From Eledone cirrhosa (lineage: Eukaryota): a stretch of DNA of 64,000 nucleotides. The notes beneath the pieces were generated by a model. The model saw nothing but the letters and a program-made list of their open reading frames with translations, did not search any database and was not told the origin of the DNA. The DNA lies in assembly GCA_964016885.1 (NCBI GenBank), contig OZ024740.1, positions 40,176,001-40,240,000 on the forward strand. Direction: 5' to 3'. Position numbers and translations under genes: made by a program. Below, in pieces: positions 39,901 through 57,900 of the stretch (position 1 is its first letter; every line of letters starts with the position of its first letter).

Positions 39901-42900
39901 ATGATATATACCTAGACAATGTAGAACATTCTCCAATAATACACAGACCATCACCATCACTAGTACAATGATATATACCTAGACAATGTAGAACATTCTC
40001 CAATAATACACAGACCATCACCATCACTAGTACAATGATATATACCTAGACAATGTAGAACACTCACCAATAATACACAGACCATCACCATCACCATCAC
40101 TAGTACAATGATATATACCTAGACAATGTAGAACATTCTCCAATAATACGCAGACCATCACCATCACTAGTACAATGATATATACCTAGACAATGTAGAA
40201 CATTCTCCAATAATACACAGACCAACACCATCACTAGTACAATGATATATACCTAGACAATGTAGAACATTCTCCAATAATACGCAGACCATCACCATTA
40301 CTAGTACAATGATATATACCTAGACAATGTAGAACATTCTCCAATAATACACAGACCATCACCATCACTAGTACAATGATATATACCTAGACAATGTAGA
40401 ACACTCACCAATAATACACAGCCCATCACCATCACTAGTACAATGATATATACCTAGACAATGTAGAACATTCTCCAATAATACACAGACCATCACCATC
40501 ACTAGTACAATGATATATACCTAGACAATGTAGAACATTCTCCAAAAATACGCAGACCATCACCATCACTAGCACAATGATATATACCTAGACAATGTAG
40601 AACATTCTCCAATAATACACAGACCATCACCATCACTAGCACAATGTAGAACATTCTCCAATAATACACAGACCATCACCATCACTAGCACAATGATATA
40701 TACCTATACAATGTAGAACATTCTCCAATAATACACAGACCATCACCATCACTAGTACAATGATATATACCTAGACAATGTAAAACATTCTCCAATAATA
40801 CACAGACCATCACCATCACTAGAAGAATGATATATACCTAGACAATGCAGAACATTCTCCAATAATACACAGACCATCACCATCACTAGCACAGTGATAT
40901 ATACCTAGACAATGTAGAAACTTCTCCAAAAATACGCAGACCATCACCATCACTAGCACTGTGATATATACCTAGACAATGTAGAACACTCAACAATAAT
41001 ACACAGACCATCACCATCGCTAGTACAATGATATATACCTAGACATGTAGAATATTCTCCAATAATACACAGACCATCACCATCACTAGCACAATGATAT
41101 ATACCTAGACAATGTAGAACACTCACCAATAATACACAGACCATCACCATCACTAGTACAATGATATATACCTAGACAATGTAGAACATTCTCCAATAAT
41201 ACGCAGACCATCACCATCACTAGTACAATGATATATACCTAGACAATGTAGAACATTCTCCAATAATACACAGACCATCACCATCACTAGTACAATGATA
41301 TATACCTAGACAATGTAGAACATTCTCCAATAATACACAGACCATCACCATCACTAGTACAATGATATATACCTAGACAATGTAGAACACTCACCAATAA
41401 TACACAGACCATCACCATCACTAGTACAATGATATATACCTAGACAATGTAGAACATTCTCCAATAATACGCAGACCATCACCATCACTAGTACAATGAT
41501 ATATACCTAGACAATGTAGAACATTCTACAATAATACACAGACCATCACCATCACTAGCACAATGATATATACCTAGACAATGTAGAACATTCTACAATA
41601 ATACACAGACCATCACCATCACTAGCACAATGATATATACCTAGACAATGTACATCATTCTCCAATAATACACAGACCATCACCATCACTAGCACAATGA
41701 TATATACCTAGACAATGTAGAACATTCTCCAATAATACACAGACCATCACCATCACTAGCACAATGATATATACCTAGACAATGTAGAACACTCACCAAT
41801 AATACACAGACCATCACCATCACTAGTACAATGATATATACCTAGACAATGTAGAACATTCTCCAATAATACGCAGACCATCACCATCACTAGTACAATG
41901 ATATATACCTAGACAATGTAGAACATTCTCCAATAATACACAGACCATCACCATCACTAGTACAATGATATATACCTAGACAATGTAGAACATTCTCCAA
42001 TAATACACAGACCATCACCATCACTAGTACAATGATATATACCTAGACAATGTAGAACATTCTCCAATAATACACAGACCATCACCATCACTAGTACAAT
42101 GATATATACCTAGACAATGTAGAACACTCACCAATAATACACAGACCATCACCATCACTAGTACAATGATATATACCTAGACAATGTAGAACGTTCTCCA
42201 ATAATACGCAGACCATCACCATCACTAGTACAATGATATATACCTAGACAATGTAGAACATTCTACAATAATACACAGACCATCACCATCACTAGCACAA
42301 TGATATATACCTAGACAATGTAGAACATTCTACAATAATACACAGACCATCACCATCACTAGCACAATGATATATACCTAGACAATGTAGAACATTCTAC
42401 AATAATACACAGACCATCACCATCACTAGCACAATGATATATACCTAGACAATGTAGAACATTCTCCAATAATACACAGACCATCACCAGTACAATGATA
42501 TATACCTAGACAATGTAGAACATTCTCCAATAACACGCAGACCATCACCATCACTAGTACAATGATATATACCTAGACAATGTAGAACATTCTCCAATAA
42601 TACGCAGACCATCACCATCACTAGTACAATGATATATAGCTAGACAATGTAGAACACTCACCAATAATACACAGACCATCACCATCACTAGTAGAATATA
42701 TACCTAGACAATGTACATCATTCTCCAATAATACACAGACCATCACCATCACTAGTACAATGATATATACCTAGACAATGTAGAACATTCACCAATAATA
42801 CAAAGACCATCACCATCACTAGTAGAATGATATATACCTAGACAATGTACATCATTCTCCAATAATACACAGACCATCACCATCACTAGTACAATATATA

Positions 42901-45900
42901 CCTAGACAATGTAGAACATTCTCCAATACACAGACCATCACCATCACTAGCACAATGATATATACCTAGACAATGTAGAACATTCTCCAATCATACACAG
43001 ACCATCACCATCACTAGTACAATATATACCTAGACAATGTAAAACATTCTCCAATAATACACAGACCATCACCATCACTAGCACAATGATATATAGCTAG
43101 ACAATGTAGAACACTCACCAATAATACACAGACCATCACCATCACTAGCACAATGATATATACCTACACAATGTAGAACATTCTCCAATAATACACAGAC
43201 CATCACCATCACTAGTACAATGATATATACCTAGACAATGTAGAACACTCACCAATAATACACAGACCATCACCATCACTAGTACAATGATATATACCTA
43301 GACAATGTAGAACACTCACCAATAATACACAGACCATCACCATCACTAGCACAATGATATATACCTAAACAATGTACATCATTCTCCAATAATACACAGA
43401 CCATCACCATCACTAGCACAATGATAAATACCTAGACAATGTAGAACATTCTCCAATAATACACAGACCATCACCATCACTAGTACAATGATATATACCT
43501 AGACAATGTAGAACATTCTCCAAAAATACGCAGACCATCACCATCACTAGCACAATGATATATACCTAGACAATGTAGAACATTCTCCAATAATACACAG
43601 ACCATCACCATCACTAGCACAATGTAGAACATTCTCCAATAATACACAGACCATCACCATCACTAGCACAATGATATATACCTATACAATGTAGAACATT
43701 CTCCAATAATACACAGACCATCACCATCACTAGTACAATGATATATACCTAGACAATGTAAAACATTCTCCAATAATACACAGACCATCACCATCACTAG
43801 AAGAATGATATATACCTAGACAATGCAGAACATTCTCCAATAATACACAGACCATCACCATCACTAGCACAGTGATATATACCTAGACAATGTAGAAACT
43901 TCTCCAAAAATACGCAGACCATCACCATCACTAGCACTGTGATATATACCTAGGCAATGTAGAACACTCAACAATAATACACAGACCATCACCATCGCTA
44001 GTACAATGATATATACCTAGACATGTAGAATATTCTCCAATAATACACAGACCATCACCATCACTAGCACAATGATATATACCTAGACAATGTAGAACAC
44101 TCACCAATAATACACAGACCATCACCATCACTAGTACAATGATATATACCTAGACAATGTAGAACATTCTCCAATAATACGCAGACCATCACCATCACTA
44201 GTACAATGATATATACCTAGACAATGTAGAACATTCTCCAATAATACACAGACCATCACCATCACTAGTACAATGATATATACCTAGACAATGTAGAACA
44301 TTCTCCAATAATACACAGACCATCACCATCACTAGTACAATGATATATACCTAGACAATGTAGAACACTCACCAATAATACACAGACCATCACCATCACT
44401 AGTACAATGATATATACCTAGACAATGTAGAACATTCTCCAATAATACGCAGACCATCACCATCACTAGTACAATGATATATACCTAGACAATGTAGAAC
44501 ATTCTACAATAATACACAGACCATCACCATCACTAGCACAATGATATATACCTAGACAATGTAGAACATTCTACAATAATACACAGACCATCACCATCAC
44601 TAGCACAATGATATATACCTAGACAATGTACATCATTCTCCAATAATACACAGACCATCACCATCACTAGCACAATGATATATACCTAGACAATGTAGAA
44701 CATTCTCCAATAATACACAGACCATCACCATCACTAGCACAATGATATATACCTAGACAATGTAGAACACTCACCAATAATACACAGACCATCACCATCA
44801 CTAGTACAATGATATATACCTAGACAATGTAGAACATTCTCCAATAATACGCAGACCATCACCATCACTAGTACAATGATATATACCTAGACAATGTAGA
44901 ACATTCTCCAATAATACACAGACCATCACCATCACTAGTACAATGATATATACCTAGACAATGTAGAACATTCTCCAATAATACACAGACCATCACCATC
45001 ACTAGTACAATGATATATACCTAGACAATGTAGAACATTCTCCAATAATACACAGACCATCACCATCACTAGTACAATGATATATACCTAGACAATGTAG
45101 AACACTCACCAATAATACACAGACCATCACCATCACTAGTACAATGATATATACCTAGACAATGTAGAACGTTCTCCAATAATACGCAGACCATCACCAT
45201 CACTAGTACAATGATATATACCTAGACAATGTAGAACATTCTACAATAATACACAGACCATCACCATCACTAGCACAATGATATATACCTAGACAATGTA
45301 GAACATTCTACAATAATACACAGACCATCACCATCACTAGCACAATGATATATACCTAGACAATGTAGAACATTCTACAATAATACACAGACCATCACCA
45401 TCACTAGCACAATGATATATACCTAGACAATGTAGAACATTCTCCAATAATACACAGACCATCACCAGTACAATGATATATACCTAGACAATGTAGAACA
45501 TTCTCCAATAACACGCAGACCATCACCATCACTAGTACAATGATATATACCTAGACAATGTAGAACATTCTCCAATAATACGCAGACCATCACCATCACT
45601 AGTACAATGATATATACCTACACAATGTAGAACATTCTCCAATAATACACAGACCATCACCATCACTAGTACAATGATATATACCTAGACAATGTAGAAC
45701 ACTCACCAATAATACACAGACCATCACCATCACTAGTACAATGATATATACCTAGACAATGTAGAACACTCACCAATAATACACAGACCATCACCATCAC
45801 TAGCACAATGATATATACCTAGAGAATGTAGAACACTCAACAATAATACACAGACCATCACCATCACTAGCACAATGATATATACCTAAACAATGTACAT

Positions 45901-48900
45901 CATTCTCCAATAATACACAGACCATCACCATCACTAGCACAATGATATATACCTAGACAATGTAGAACATTCTCCAATAATACAAAGACCATCACCATCA
46001 CAATTATATATACCTAGACAATGTAGAACATTCTCCAAAAATACGCAGACCATCACCATCACTAGCACAATGATATATACCTAGACAATGTAGAACATTC
46101 TCCAATAATACACAGACCATCAACATCACTAGCACAATGTAGAACATTCTCCAATAATACACAGACCATCACCATCACTAGCACAATGATATATACCTAT
46201 ACAATGTAGAACATTCTCCAATAATACACAGACCATCACCATCACTAGTACAATGATATATACCTAGACAATGTAAAACATTCTCCAATAATACACAGAC
46301 CATCACCATCACTAGAAGAATGATATATACCTAGACAATGCAGAACATTCTCCAATAATACACAGACCATCACCATCACTAGCACAGTGATATATACCTA
46401 GACAATGTAGAAACTTCTCCAAAAATACACAGACCATCACCATCACTAGCACAGTGATATATACCTAGAAAATGTAGAACACTCAACAATAATACACAGA
46501 CCATCACCATCGCTAGTACAATGATATATACCTAGACATGTAGAATATTCTCCAATAATACACAGACCATCACCATCACTAGTACAATGATATATACCTA
46601 GACAATGTACATCATTCTCCAATAATATACAGACCATCACCATCACTAGCACAATGATATATACCTAGACAATGTAGAACATTCTCCAATAATACACAGA
46701 CCATCACCATCACTAGCACAATGATATACACCTAGACAATGTAGAACACTCACCAATAATACACAGACCATCACCATCACTAGCACAATGATATATACCT
46801 AGACAATGTAGAACATTCTCCAATAATACACAGACCATCACCATCACTAGCACAATGATATATACCTAGACAATGTAGAACACTCACCAATAATACACAG
46901 ACCATCACCATCACTAGTACAATGATATATACCTAGACAATGTAGAACATTCTCCAATAATACGCAGACCATCACCATCACTAGTACAATGATATATACC
47001 TAGACAATGTAGAACATTCTCCAATAATACACAGACCATCACCATCACTAGTACAATGATATATACCTAGACAATGTAGAACATTCTCCAATAATACACA
47101 GACCATCACCATCACTAGTACAATGATATATACCTAGACAATGTAGAACATTCTCCAATAATACACAGACCATCACCATCACTAGTACAATGATATATAC
47201 CTAGACAATGTAGAACACTCACCAATAATACACAGACCATCACCATCACCATCACTAGTACAATGATATATACCTAGACAATGTAGAACATTCTCCAATA
47301 ATACGCAGACCATCACCATCACTAGTACAATGATATATACCTAGACAATGTAGAACATTCTCCAATAATACACAGACCAACACCATCACTAGTACAATGA
47401 TATATACCTAGACAATGTAGAACATTCTCCAATAATACGCAGACCATCACCATTACTAGTACAATGATATATACCTAGACAATGTAGAACATTCTCCAAT
47501 AATACACAGACCATCACCATCACTAGTACAATGATATATACCTAGACAATGTAGAACACTCACCAATAATACACAGCCCATCACCATCACTAGTACAATG
47601 ATATATACCTAGACAATGTAGAACATTCTCCAATAATACACAGACCATCACCATCACTAGTACAATGATATATACCTAGACAATGTAGAACATTCTCCAA
47701 AAATACGCAGACCATCACCATCACTAGCACAATGATATATACCTAGACAATGTAGAACATTCTCCAATAATACACAGACCATCACCATCACTAGCACAAT
47801 GTAGAACATTCTCCAATAATACACAGACCATCACCATCACTAGCACAATGATATATACCTATACAATGTAGAACATTCTCCAATAATACACAGACCATCA
47901 CCATCACTAGTACAATGATATATACCTAGACAATGTAAAACATTCTCCAATAATACACAGACCATCACCATCACTAGAAGAATGATATATACCTAGACAA
48001 TGCAGAACATTCTCCAATAATACACAGACCATCACCATCACTAGCACAGTGATATATACCTAGACAATGTAGAAACTTCTCCAAAAATACGCAGACCATC
48101 ACCATCACTAGCACTGTGATATATACCTAGACAATGTAGAACACTCAACAATAATACACAGACCATCACCATCGCTAGTACAATGATATATACCTAGACA
48201 TGTAGAATATTCTCCAATAATACACAGACCATCACCATCACTAGCACAATGATATATACCTAGACAATGTAGAACACTCACCAATAATACACAGACCATC
48301 ACCATCACTAGTACAATGATATATACCTAGACAATGTAGAACATTCTCCAATAATACGCAGACCATCACCATCACTAGTACAATGATATATACCTAGACA
48401 ATGTAGAACATTCTCCAATAATACACAGACCATCACCATCACTAGTACAATGATATATACCTAGACAATGTAGAACATTCTCCAATAATACACAGACCAT
48501 CACCATCACTAGTACAATGATATATACCTAGACAATGTAGAACACTCACCAATAATACACAGACCATCACCATCACTAGTACAATGATATATACCTAGAC
48601 AATGTAGAACATTCTCCAATAATACGCAGACCATCACCATCACTAGTACAATGATATATACCTAGACAATGTAGAACATTCTACAATAATACACAGACCA
48701 TCACCATCACTAGCACAATGATATATACCTAGACAATGTAGAACATTCTACAATAATACACAGACCATCACCATCACTAGCACAATGATATATACCTAGA
48801 CAATGTACATCATTCTCCAATAATACACAGACCATCACCATCACTAGCACAATGATATATACCTAGACAATGTAGAACATTCTCCAATAATACACAGACC

Positions 48901-51900
48901 ATCACCATCACTAGCACAATGATATATACCTAGACAATGTAGAACACTCACCAATAATACACAGACCATCACCATCACTAGTACAATGATATATACCTAG
49001 ACAATGTAGAACATTCTCCAATAATACGCAGACCATCACCATCACTAGTACAATGATATATACCTAGACAATGTAGAACATTCTCCAATAATACACAGAC
49101 CATCACCATCACTAGTACAATGATATATACCTAGACAATGTAGAACATTCTCCAATAATACACAGACCATCACCATCACTAGTACAATGATATATACCTA
49201 GACAATGTAGAACATTCTCCAATAATACACAGACCATCACCATCACTAGTACAATGATATATACCTAGACAATGTAGAACACTCACCAATAATACACAGA
49301 CCATCACCATCACTAGTACAATGATATATACCTAGACAATGTAGAACGTTCTCCAATAATACGCAGACCATCACCATCACTAGTACAATGATATATACCT
49401 AGACAATGTAGAACATTCTACAATAATACACAGACCATCACCATCACTAGCACAATGATATATACCTAGACAATGTAGAACATTCTACAATAATACACAG
49501 ACCATCACCATCACTAGCACAATGATATATACCTAGACAATGTAGAACATTCTACAATAATACACAGACCATCACCATCACTAGCACAATGATATATACC
49601 TAGACAATGTAGAACATTCTCCAATAATACACAGACCATCACCAGTACAATGATATATACCTAGACAATGTAGAACATTCTCCAATAACACGCAGACCAT
49701 CACCATCACTAGTACAATGATATATACCTAGACAATGTAGAACATTCTCCAATAATACGCAGACCATCACCATCACTAGTACAATGATATATACCTACAC
49801 AATGTAGAACATTCTCCAATAATACACAGACCATCACCATCACTAGTACAATGATATATACCTAGACAATGTAGAACACTCACCAATAATACACAGACCA
49901 TCACCATCACTAGTACAATGATATATACCTAGACAATGTAGAACACTCACCAATAATACACAGACCATCACCATCACTAGCACAATGATATATACCTAGA
50001 GAATGTAGAACACTCAACAATAATACACAGACCATCACCATCACTAGCACAATGATATATACCTAAACAATGTACATCATTCTCCAATAATACACAGACC
50101 ATCACCATCACTAGCACAATGATATATACCTAGACAATGTAGAACATTCTCCAATAATACACAGACCATCACCATCACAATTATATATACCTAGACAATG
50201 TAGAACATTCTCCAAAAATACGCAGACCATCACCATCACTAGCACAATGATATATACCTAGACAATGTAGAACATTCTCCAATAATACACAGACCATCAA
50301 CATCACTAGCACAATGTAGAACATTCTCCAATAATACACAGACCATCACCATCACTAGCACAATGATATATACCTATACAATGTAGAACATTCTCCAATA
50401 ATACACAGACCATCACCATCACTAGTACAATGATATATACCTAGACAATGTAAAACATTCTCCAATAATACACAGACCATCACCATCACTAGAAGAATGA
50501 TATATACCTAGACAATGCAGAACATTCTCCAATAATACACAGACCATCACCATCACTAGCACAGTGATATATACCTAGACAATGTAGAAACTTCTCCAAA
50601 AATACACAGACCATCACCATCACTAGCACAGTGATATATACCTAGAAAATGTAGAACACTCAACAATAATACACAGACCATCACCATCGCTAGTACAATG
50701 ATATATACCTAGACATGTAGAATATTCTCCAATAATACACAGACCATCACCATCACTAGTACAATGATATATACCTAGACAATGTACATCATTCTCCAAT
50801 AATATACAGACCATCACCATCACTAGCACAATGATATATACCTAGACAATGTAGAACATTCTCCAATAATACACAGACCATCACCATCACTAGCACAATG
50901 ATATACACCTAGACAATGTAGAACACTCACCAATAATACACAGACCATCACCATCACTAGCACAATGATATATACCTAGACAATGTAGAACATTCTCCAA
51001 TAATACACAGACCATCACCATCACTAGCACAATGATATATACCTAGACAATGTAGAACACTCACCAATAATACACAGACCATCACCATCACTAGTACAAT
51101 GATATATACCTAGACAATGTAGAACATTCTCCAATAATACGCAGACCATCACCATCACTAGTACAATGATATATACCTAGACAATGTAGAACATTCTCCA
51201 ATAATACACAGACCATCACCATCACTAGTACAATGATATATACCTAGACAATGTAGAACATTCTCCAATAATACACAGACCATCACCATCACTAGTACAA
51301 TGATATATACCTAGACAATGTAGAACATTCTCCAATAATACACAGACCATCACCATCACTAGTACAATGATATATACCTAGACAATGTAGAACACTCACC
51401 AATAATACACAGACCATCACCATCACCATCACTAGTACAATGATATATACCTAGACAATGTAGAACATTCTCCAATAATACGCAGACCATCACCATCACT
51501 AGTACAATGATATATACCTAGACAATGTAGAACATTCTCCAATAATACACAGACCAACACCATCACTAGTACAATGATATATACCTAGACAATGTAGAAC
51601 ATTCTCCAATAATACGCAGACCATCACCATTACTAGTACAATGATATATACCTAGACAATGTAGAACATTCTCCAATAATACACAGACCATCACCATCAC
51701 TAGTACAATGTTATATACCTAGACAATGTAGAACACTCACCAATAATACACAGCCCATCACCATCACTAGTACAATGATATATACCTAGACAATGTAGAA
51801 CATTCTCCAATAATACACAGACCATCACCATCACTAGTACAATGATATATACCTAGACAATGTAGAACATTCTCCAAAAATACGCAGACCATCACCATCA

Positions 51901-54900
51901 CTAGCACAATGATATATACCTAGACAATGTAGAACATTCTCCAATAATACACAGACCATCACCATCACTAGCACAATGTAGAACATTCTCCAATAATACA
52001 CAGACCATCACCATCACTAGCACAATGATATATACCTATACAATGTAGAACATTCTCCAATAATACACAGACCATCACCATCACTAGTACAATGATATAT
52101 ACCTAGACAATGTAAAACATTCTCCAATAATACACAGACCATCACCATCACTAGAAGAATGATATATACCTAGACAATGCAGAACATTCTCCAATAATAC
52201 ACAGACCATCACCATCACTAGCACAGTGATATATACCTAGACAATGTAGAAACTTCTCCAAAAATACGCAGACCATCACCATCACTAGCACTGTGATATA
52301 TACCTAGACAATGTAGAACACTCAACAATAATACACAGACCATCACCATCGCTAGTACAATGATATATACCTAGACATGTAGAATATTCTCCAATAATAC
52401 ACAGACCATCACCATCACTAGCACAATGATATATACCTAGACAATGTAGAACACTCACCAATAATACACAGACCATCACCATCACTAGTACAATGATATA
52501 TACCTAGACAATGTAGAACATTCTCCAATAATACGCAGACCATCACCATCACTAGTACAATGATATATACCTAGACAATGTAGAACATTCTCCAATAATA
52601 CACAGACCATCACCATCACTAGTACAATGATATATACCTAGACAATGTAGAACATTCTCCAATAATACACAGACCATCACCATCACTAGTACAATGATAT
52701 ATACCTAGACAATGTAGAACACTCACCAATAATACACAGACCATCACCATCACTAGTACAATGATATATACCTAGACAATGTAGAACATTCTCCAATAAT
52801 ACGCAGACCATCACCATCACTAGTACAATGATATATACCTAGACAATGTAGAACATTCTACAATAATACACAGACCATCACCATCACTAGCACAATGATA
52901 TATACCTAGACAATGTAGAACATTCTACAATAATACACAGACCATCACCATCACTAGCACAATGATATATACCTAGACAATGTACATCATTCTCCAATAA
53001 TACACAGACCATCACCATCACTAGCACAATGATATATACCTAGACAATGTAGAACATTCTCCAATAATACACAGACCATCACCATCACTAGCACAATGAT
53101 ATATACCTAGACAATGTAGAACACTCACCAATAATACACAGACCATCACCATCACTAGTACAATGATATATACCTAGACAATGTAGAACATTCTCCAATA
53201 ATACGCAGACCATCACCATCACTAGTACAATGATATATACCTAGACAATGTAGAACATTCTCCAATAATACACAGACCATCACCATCACTAGTACAATGA
53301 TATATACCTAGACAATGTAGAACATTCTCCAATAATACACAGACCATCACCATCACTAGTACAATGATATATACCTAGACAATGTAGAACATTCTCCAAT
53401 AATACACAGACCATCACCATCACTAGTACAATGATATATACCTAGACAATGTAGAACACTCACCAATAATACACAGACCATCACCATCACTAGTACAATG
53501 ATATATACCTAGACAATGTAGAACGTTCTCCAATAATACGCAGACCATCACCATCACTAGTACAATGATATATACCTAGACAATGTAGAACATTCTACAA
53601 TAATACACAGACCATCACCATCACTAGCACAATGATATATACCTAGACAATGTAGAACATTCTACAATAATACACAGACCATCACCATCACTAGCACAAT
53701 GATATATACCTAGACAATGTAGAACATTCTACAATAATACACAGACCATCACCATCACTAGCACAATGATATATACCTAGACAATGTAGAACATTCTCCA
53801 ATAATACACAGACCATCACCAGTACAATGATATATACCTAGACAATGTAGAACATTCTCCAATAACACGCAGACCATCACCATCACTAGTACAATGATAT
53901 ATACCTAGACAATGTAGAACATTCTCCAATAATACGCAGACCATCACCATCACTAGTACAATGATATATACCTACACAATGTAGAACATTCTCCAATAAT
54001 ACACAGACCATCACCATCACTAGTACAATGATATATACCTAGACAATGTAGAACACTCACCAATAATACACAGACCATCACCATCACTAGTACAATGATA
54101 TATACCTAGACAATGTAGAACACTCACCAATAATACACAGACCATCACCATCACTAGCACAATGATATATACCTAGAGAATGTAGAACACTCAACAATAA
54201 TACACAGACCATCACCATCACTAGCACAATGATATATACCTAAACAATGTACATCATTCTCCAATAATACACAGACCATCACCATCACTAGCACAATGAT
54301 ATATACCTAGACAATGTAGAACATTCTCCAATAATACACAGACCATCACCATCACAATTATATATACCTAGACAATGTAGAACATTCTCCAAAAATACGC
54401 AGACCATCACCATCACTAGCACAATGATATATACCTAGACAATGTAGAACATTCTCCAATAATACACAGACCATCAACATCACTAGCACAATGTAGAACA
54501 TTCTCCAATAATACACAGACCATCACCATCACTAGCACAATGATATATACCTATACAATGTAGAACATTCTCCAATAATACACAGACCATCACCATCACT
54601 AGTACAATGATATATACCTAGACAATGTAAAACATTCTCCAATAATACACAGACCATCACCATCACTAGAAGAATGATATATACCTAGATAATGCAGAAC
54701 ATTCTCCAATAATACACAGACCATCACCATCACTAGCACAGTGATATATACCTAGACAATGTAGAAACTTCTCCAAAAATACACAGACCATCACCATCAC
54801 TAGCACAGTGATATATACCTAGAAAATGTAGAACACTCAACAATAATACACAGACCATCACCATCGCTAGTACAATGATATATACCTAGACATGTAGAAT

Positions 54901-57900
54901 ATTCTCCAATAATACACAGACCATCACCATCACTAGTACAATGATATATACCTAGACAATGTACATCATTCTCCAATAATATACAGACCATCACCATCAC
55001 TAGCACAATGATATATACCTAGACAATGTAGAACATTCTCCAATAATACACAGACCATCACCATCACTAGCACAATGATATACACCTAGACAATGTAGAA
55101 CACTCACCAATAATACACAGACCATCACCATCACTAGCACAATGATATATACCTAGACAATGTAGAACATTCTCCAATAATACACAGACCATCACCATCA
55201 CTAGCACAATGATATATACCTAGACAATGTAGAACACTCACCAATAATACACAGACCATCACCATCACTAGTACAATGATATATACCTAGACAATGTAGA
55301 ACATTCTCCAATAATACGCAGACCATCACCATCACTAGTACAATGATATATACCTAGACAATGTAGAACATTCTCCAATAATACACAGACCATCACCATC
55401 ACTAGTACAATGATATATACCTAGACAATGTAGAACATTCTCCAATAATACACAGACCATCACCATCACTAGTACAATGATATATACCTAGACAATGTAG
55501 AACATTCTCCAATAATACACAGACCATCACCATCACTAGTACAATGATATATACCTAGACAATGTAGAACACTCACCAATAATACACAGACCATCACCAT
55601 CACCATCACTAGTACAATGATATATACCTAGACAATGTAGAACATTCTCCAATAATACGCAGACCATCACCATCACTAGTACAATGATATATACCTAGAC
55701 AATGTAGAACATTCTCCAATAATACACAGACCAACACCATCACTAGTACAATGATATATACCTAGACAATGTAGAACATTCTCCAATAATACGCAGACCA
55801 TCACCATTACTAGTACAATGATATATACCTAGACAATGTAGAACATTCTCCAATAATACACAGACCATCACCATCACTAGTACAATGATATATACCTAGA
55901 CAATGTAGAACACTCACCAATAATACACAGCCCATCACCATCACTAGTACAATGATATATACCTAGACAATGTAGAACATTCTCCAATAATACACAGACC
56001 ATCACCATCACTAGTACAATGATATATACCTAGACAATGTAGAACATTCAACAATAATACACAGACCATCACCATCACTAGCACAATGATATATACCTAG
56101 ACAATGTAGAACACTCAACAATAATACACAGACCATCACCATTACTAGCACAATGATATATACCTAGACAATGTAGAACATTCTCCAATAATACGCAGGC
56201 CATCACCATCACTAGCACAATGATATATACCTAGACATGTAGAATATTCTCCTATAATACACAGACCATCACCATCACTAGTACAATGATATATACATAG
56301 ACAATGTAGAAAATTCTCCAATAATACACAGACCATCACCATCACTAGCAAAATGATATATACCTAGACAATGTAGAACATTCTCCAATAATACGCAGAC
56401 CATCACCATCACTAGCACAATGATATATACCTAGACAATGTAGAACATTCTCCAAAAATACACAGACCATCACCATCACTAGCACAATGATATATACCTA
56501 GACAATGTAGGACACTCACCAATAATACACAGACCATCACCATCACTAGTACAATGTAGAACATTCTCCAATAATACGCAGACCATCACCATCACTAGCA
56601 CAATGATATATACCTAGACAATGTAGAACATTCTCCAATAATACACAGACCATCACCATCACTAGCACAATGATATATACCTAGACAATGTAGAACATTC
56701 TCCAATAATACATAGACCATCACCATCACTAGCACAATGATATATAGCTAGACAATGTAGAATATTCTCCAATAATACACAGACCATCAACACCACTAGT
56801 ACAATGATATATACCTAGACAATGTAGAACATTCTCCAAAAATACGCAGACCATCACCATCACTAGCACAATGATATATACCTAGACAATGTAGAACATT
56901 CTCCAATAATACACAAACCATCACCATCACTAGCACAATGATATATACCTAGACAATGTAAAACACTCACCAATAATACTCAGACCATCACCATCACTAC
57001 CACAATGATATATACCTAGACAATGTAGAACATTCTCCAATAATACACACACCATCACCATCACTAGTAGAATATATACCTAGACAATGTACATCATTCT
57101 CCAATAATACACAGACCATCACCATCACTAGCACAATGATATATACCTAGACAATGTAGAACATTCACCAATAATACACAGACCATCACCATCACTAGTA
57201 CAATGATATATGCCTAGACAATGTAGAACATTCACCAATAATACAAAGACCATCACCATCACTAGTAGAATGATATATACCTAGACAATGTACATCATTC
57301 TCCAATAATACACAGACCATCACCATCACTAGTACAATATATACCTAGACAATGTAGAACATTCTCCAATAATACACAGACCATCACCATCACTAGCACA
57401 ATGATATATACCTAGACAATGTAGAACATTCTCCAATAATACACAGACCATCACCATCACTAGTACAATGATATATACCTAGACAATGTAGAACATTCTC
57501 CAATAATACACAGACCATCACCATCACTAGTACAATGATATATACCTAGACAATGTAGAACATTCTCCAATAATACACAGACCATCACCATCACTAGTAC
57601 AATGATATATACCTAGACAATGTAGAACATTCAACAATAATACACAGACCATCACCATCACTAGTACAACGATATATACCTAGACAATGTAGAACATTCA
57701 ACAATAATACACAGACCATCACCATCACTACCACAATGATATATACCTAGACAATGTAGAACATTCTCCAATAATACACAGACCATCACCATCACTAGCA
57801 CAATGATATATACCTAGACAATGTAGAACACTCAACAATAATACACAGACCATCACCATCACTAGCACAATGATATATACCTAGACAATGTAGAACATTC

